DNA of 64,000 bases, taken from the NCBI RefSeq assembly GCF_009914755.1, contig NC_060927.1, one strand, 5' to 3'. Source of the stretch: the human T2T-CHM13v2.0 reference genome, Homo sapiens. The position numbers and the translations under genes are program-made. Of this stretch, positions 62,666 to 64,000 are shown piece after piece (the stretch's first letter is position 1; every line of letters begins with the position of its first letter). Under the pieces are notes generated by a model. That model was given only the letters and a program-made list of their open reading frames with translations. It did not search any database and was not told where the DNA came from.

Positions 62666-63227
62666 TGCACCTAAGTCGCCAGGCAGCTTTTGTAGGGTGG
62701 GCAGCATCAAGGATCTGCCACACTGTGTCACTGGCATCGTCCGGGCCCTGGTGTGCCTCCACAGTAGGCAGAGCCCACGCTCCTGCCCCCTTGCTGGTCC
62801 AGGGTTCAGGCACCATGTAAAGGGTGGCTCTGCAAAACATGCAGACCAGGCCACGGGCCAAACCCCGAACAGGCTACATTATGGGACATCTGCCTTACTT
62901 CTGCTGGGGCCAAGTGGTGCAGGGATTTGGCTGCGGCTCCAAGCAGCTGGGCATCCCTGCAGCTAATTTTCCTGAGTAAGTGGTAGATAACCTTCCAGCT
63001 GATATATCCACCGGCATTTATTGTAGTTGGGCCAGTGCTGGAAGTAGAGATGTCCATAAGATGGTGGTGAGCACAGGATGGAACCCATACTACAAGAATA
63101 CAAAGAAGCCCATGGAAACACATATCATGCATACCTTCAAAAAAGACTTCTATAAGGAAATCCTCAATGTGATCATTGTTGGCTACCCCAGACCAGAAAA
63201 GAACTTTGATTCTTTAGAGTCACTTAT
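62666..63227 (+). pseudogene. Spliced, 3'-truncated copy of riboflavin kinase (RFK) mRNA embedded in the provirus
   Basis: A GC-rich 5'UTR precedes ATG 62881, which reads MGHLPYFCWGQVVQGFGCGSKQLGIPAANFPE*VVDNLPADISTGIY...GWNPYYKNTKK.METHIMHTF...RPEKNFDSLESLI. There is one stop at 62977-62979, no introns and no poly(A). Confidence 0.93.
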
Positions 63228-63267
63228 ATTAAAATATACCACTGGAAAAGTATTACATGTGTATGAG

Positions 63268-64000
63268 TATGAGGCTACTCTGTTAAAACAAGAGGATGAT
63301 TTAACCACTGATAATTTGCTTAACCCAGGAGGTTTCTTAACAAGAGTTCTAAATCTAAAAAGAAAGCACACATGTTTAGATTTAATTGATTACCATACAA
63401 AGGTCCGGCCAAAGTTAGGAGAAACTCACTTCAGGACTGGGCGACAGTTCTTTATAGATGGCTCCTCCCAAGTGATTGAAGGAAAAAGACACAATGGGTA
63501 TTCAGTAATTGATGGAGACGCTCTTAAAGAAATAGAGTCAAGAAAATAGCCCAATAATTGGTCTGCCCAAACTTGTGAATTGTTTGCACTCAGCCAAGCC
63601 TTAAAGTACTTGCAGAACCAGGAGGAACCATCTATACCAATTCTAAGTACACCTTTGGGGTGGCTCATACATTTGGAAAGATTTTAGGCTGAACGAGGTC
63701 TTATTAACAGTAAGGTCAAAACCTTGTTCACAAGGAATTAATCACCCGAGCACTGAATAACCTTCAGTTGCCAGAGAAAATCGCTATTGTCTATGTCCCC
63801 AGACACCAAAAAAGCCTGTCTTTTAAGAGTCAGGAAAATAACCTAACAGATCAGATAAGCCAAACAGGCTGCCATTTCTTCTGAAATGCCTGTTCTCCAC
63901 TTAACTCCTTACCTTCCTCCTCCTACTGTGATCTCTGTTTTCTCTTCCACTGAGAAAGAAAAGCTAGTAAGAACAGGCACTAAAGAGAGCTCAGAATAAA
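63268..64000 (+). pseudogene. Retroviral pol remnant (connection/tether and RNase H)
   Basis: Reads YEATLL...LNPGGFL...HTCLDLID...FFIDGSSQVIEGKRHNGYSVID, then WSAQTCELFALSQAL and IYTNSKY. It has stops and frameshifts and runs off the window. Confidence 0.9.

Noticed and set aside
62499-62966. Gag-RFK fusion protein
   Set aside because: The PPPY gag frame crosses the RFK 5'UTR but is out of frame with the RFK ATG at 62881.

Overview
Primate (very likely human) intronic DNA from the GSK3B gene, which runs on the minus strand. The only real coding segment is the 194-bp exon 2 (23718-23911); 1-23717 is intron 2 and 23912-64000 is intron 1. The rest is mostly transposon-derived. It includes a non-autonomous ERV1 provirus with a tRNA-Phe PBS (1-12153, LTR19/HERV-F-like) split by a full-length L1PA6-like element, and a second full-length L1PA7-like element 1.5 kb upstream of exon 2. 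It also holds a processed PARL pseudogene, Tigger1, MER8, MER33, MaLR LTRs, many Alus, old L1M/L2/MIR pieces, and the 5' part of an LTR10/HERV-IP provirus. Two observations stand out. (1) The LTR10 provirus carries a spliced riboflavin-kinase (RFK) mRNA in place of its gag-pol core, in frame with pol RNase H and with no poly(A) or TSD, which looks like retroviral gene capture. (2) The L1PA7-like 5'UTR has an open antisense ORF0 that reaches a strong phase-1 splice donor matching the phase of GSK3B exon 2, predicting a possible ORF0-GSK3beta fusion lacking Ser9. Subfamily names and parent-gene comparisons come from recalled consensus sequences and were not computed. Boundaries of old repeats are approximate.
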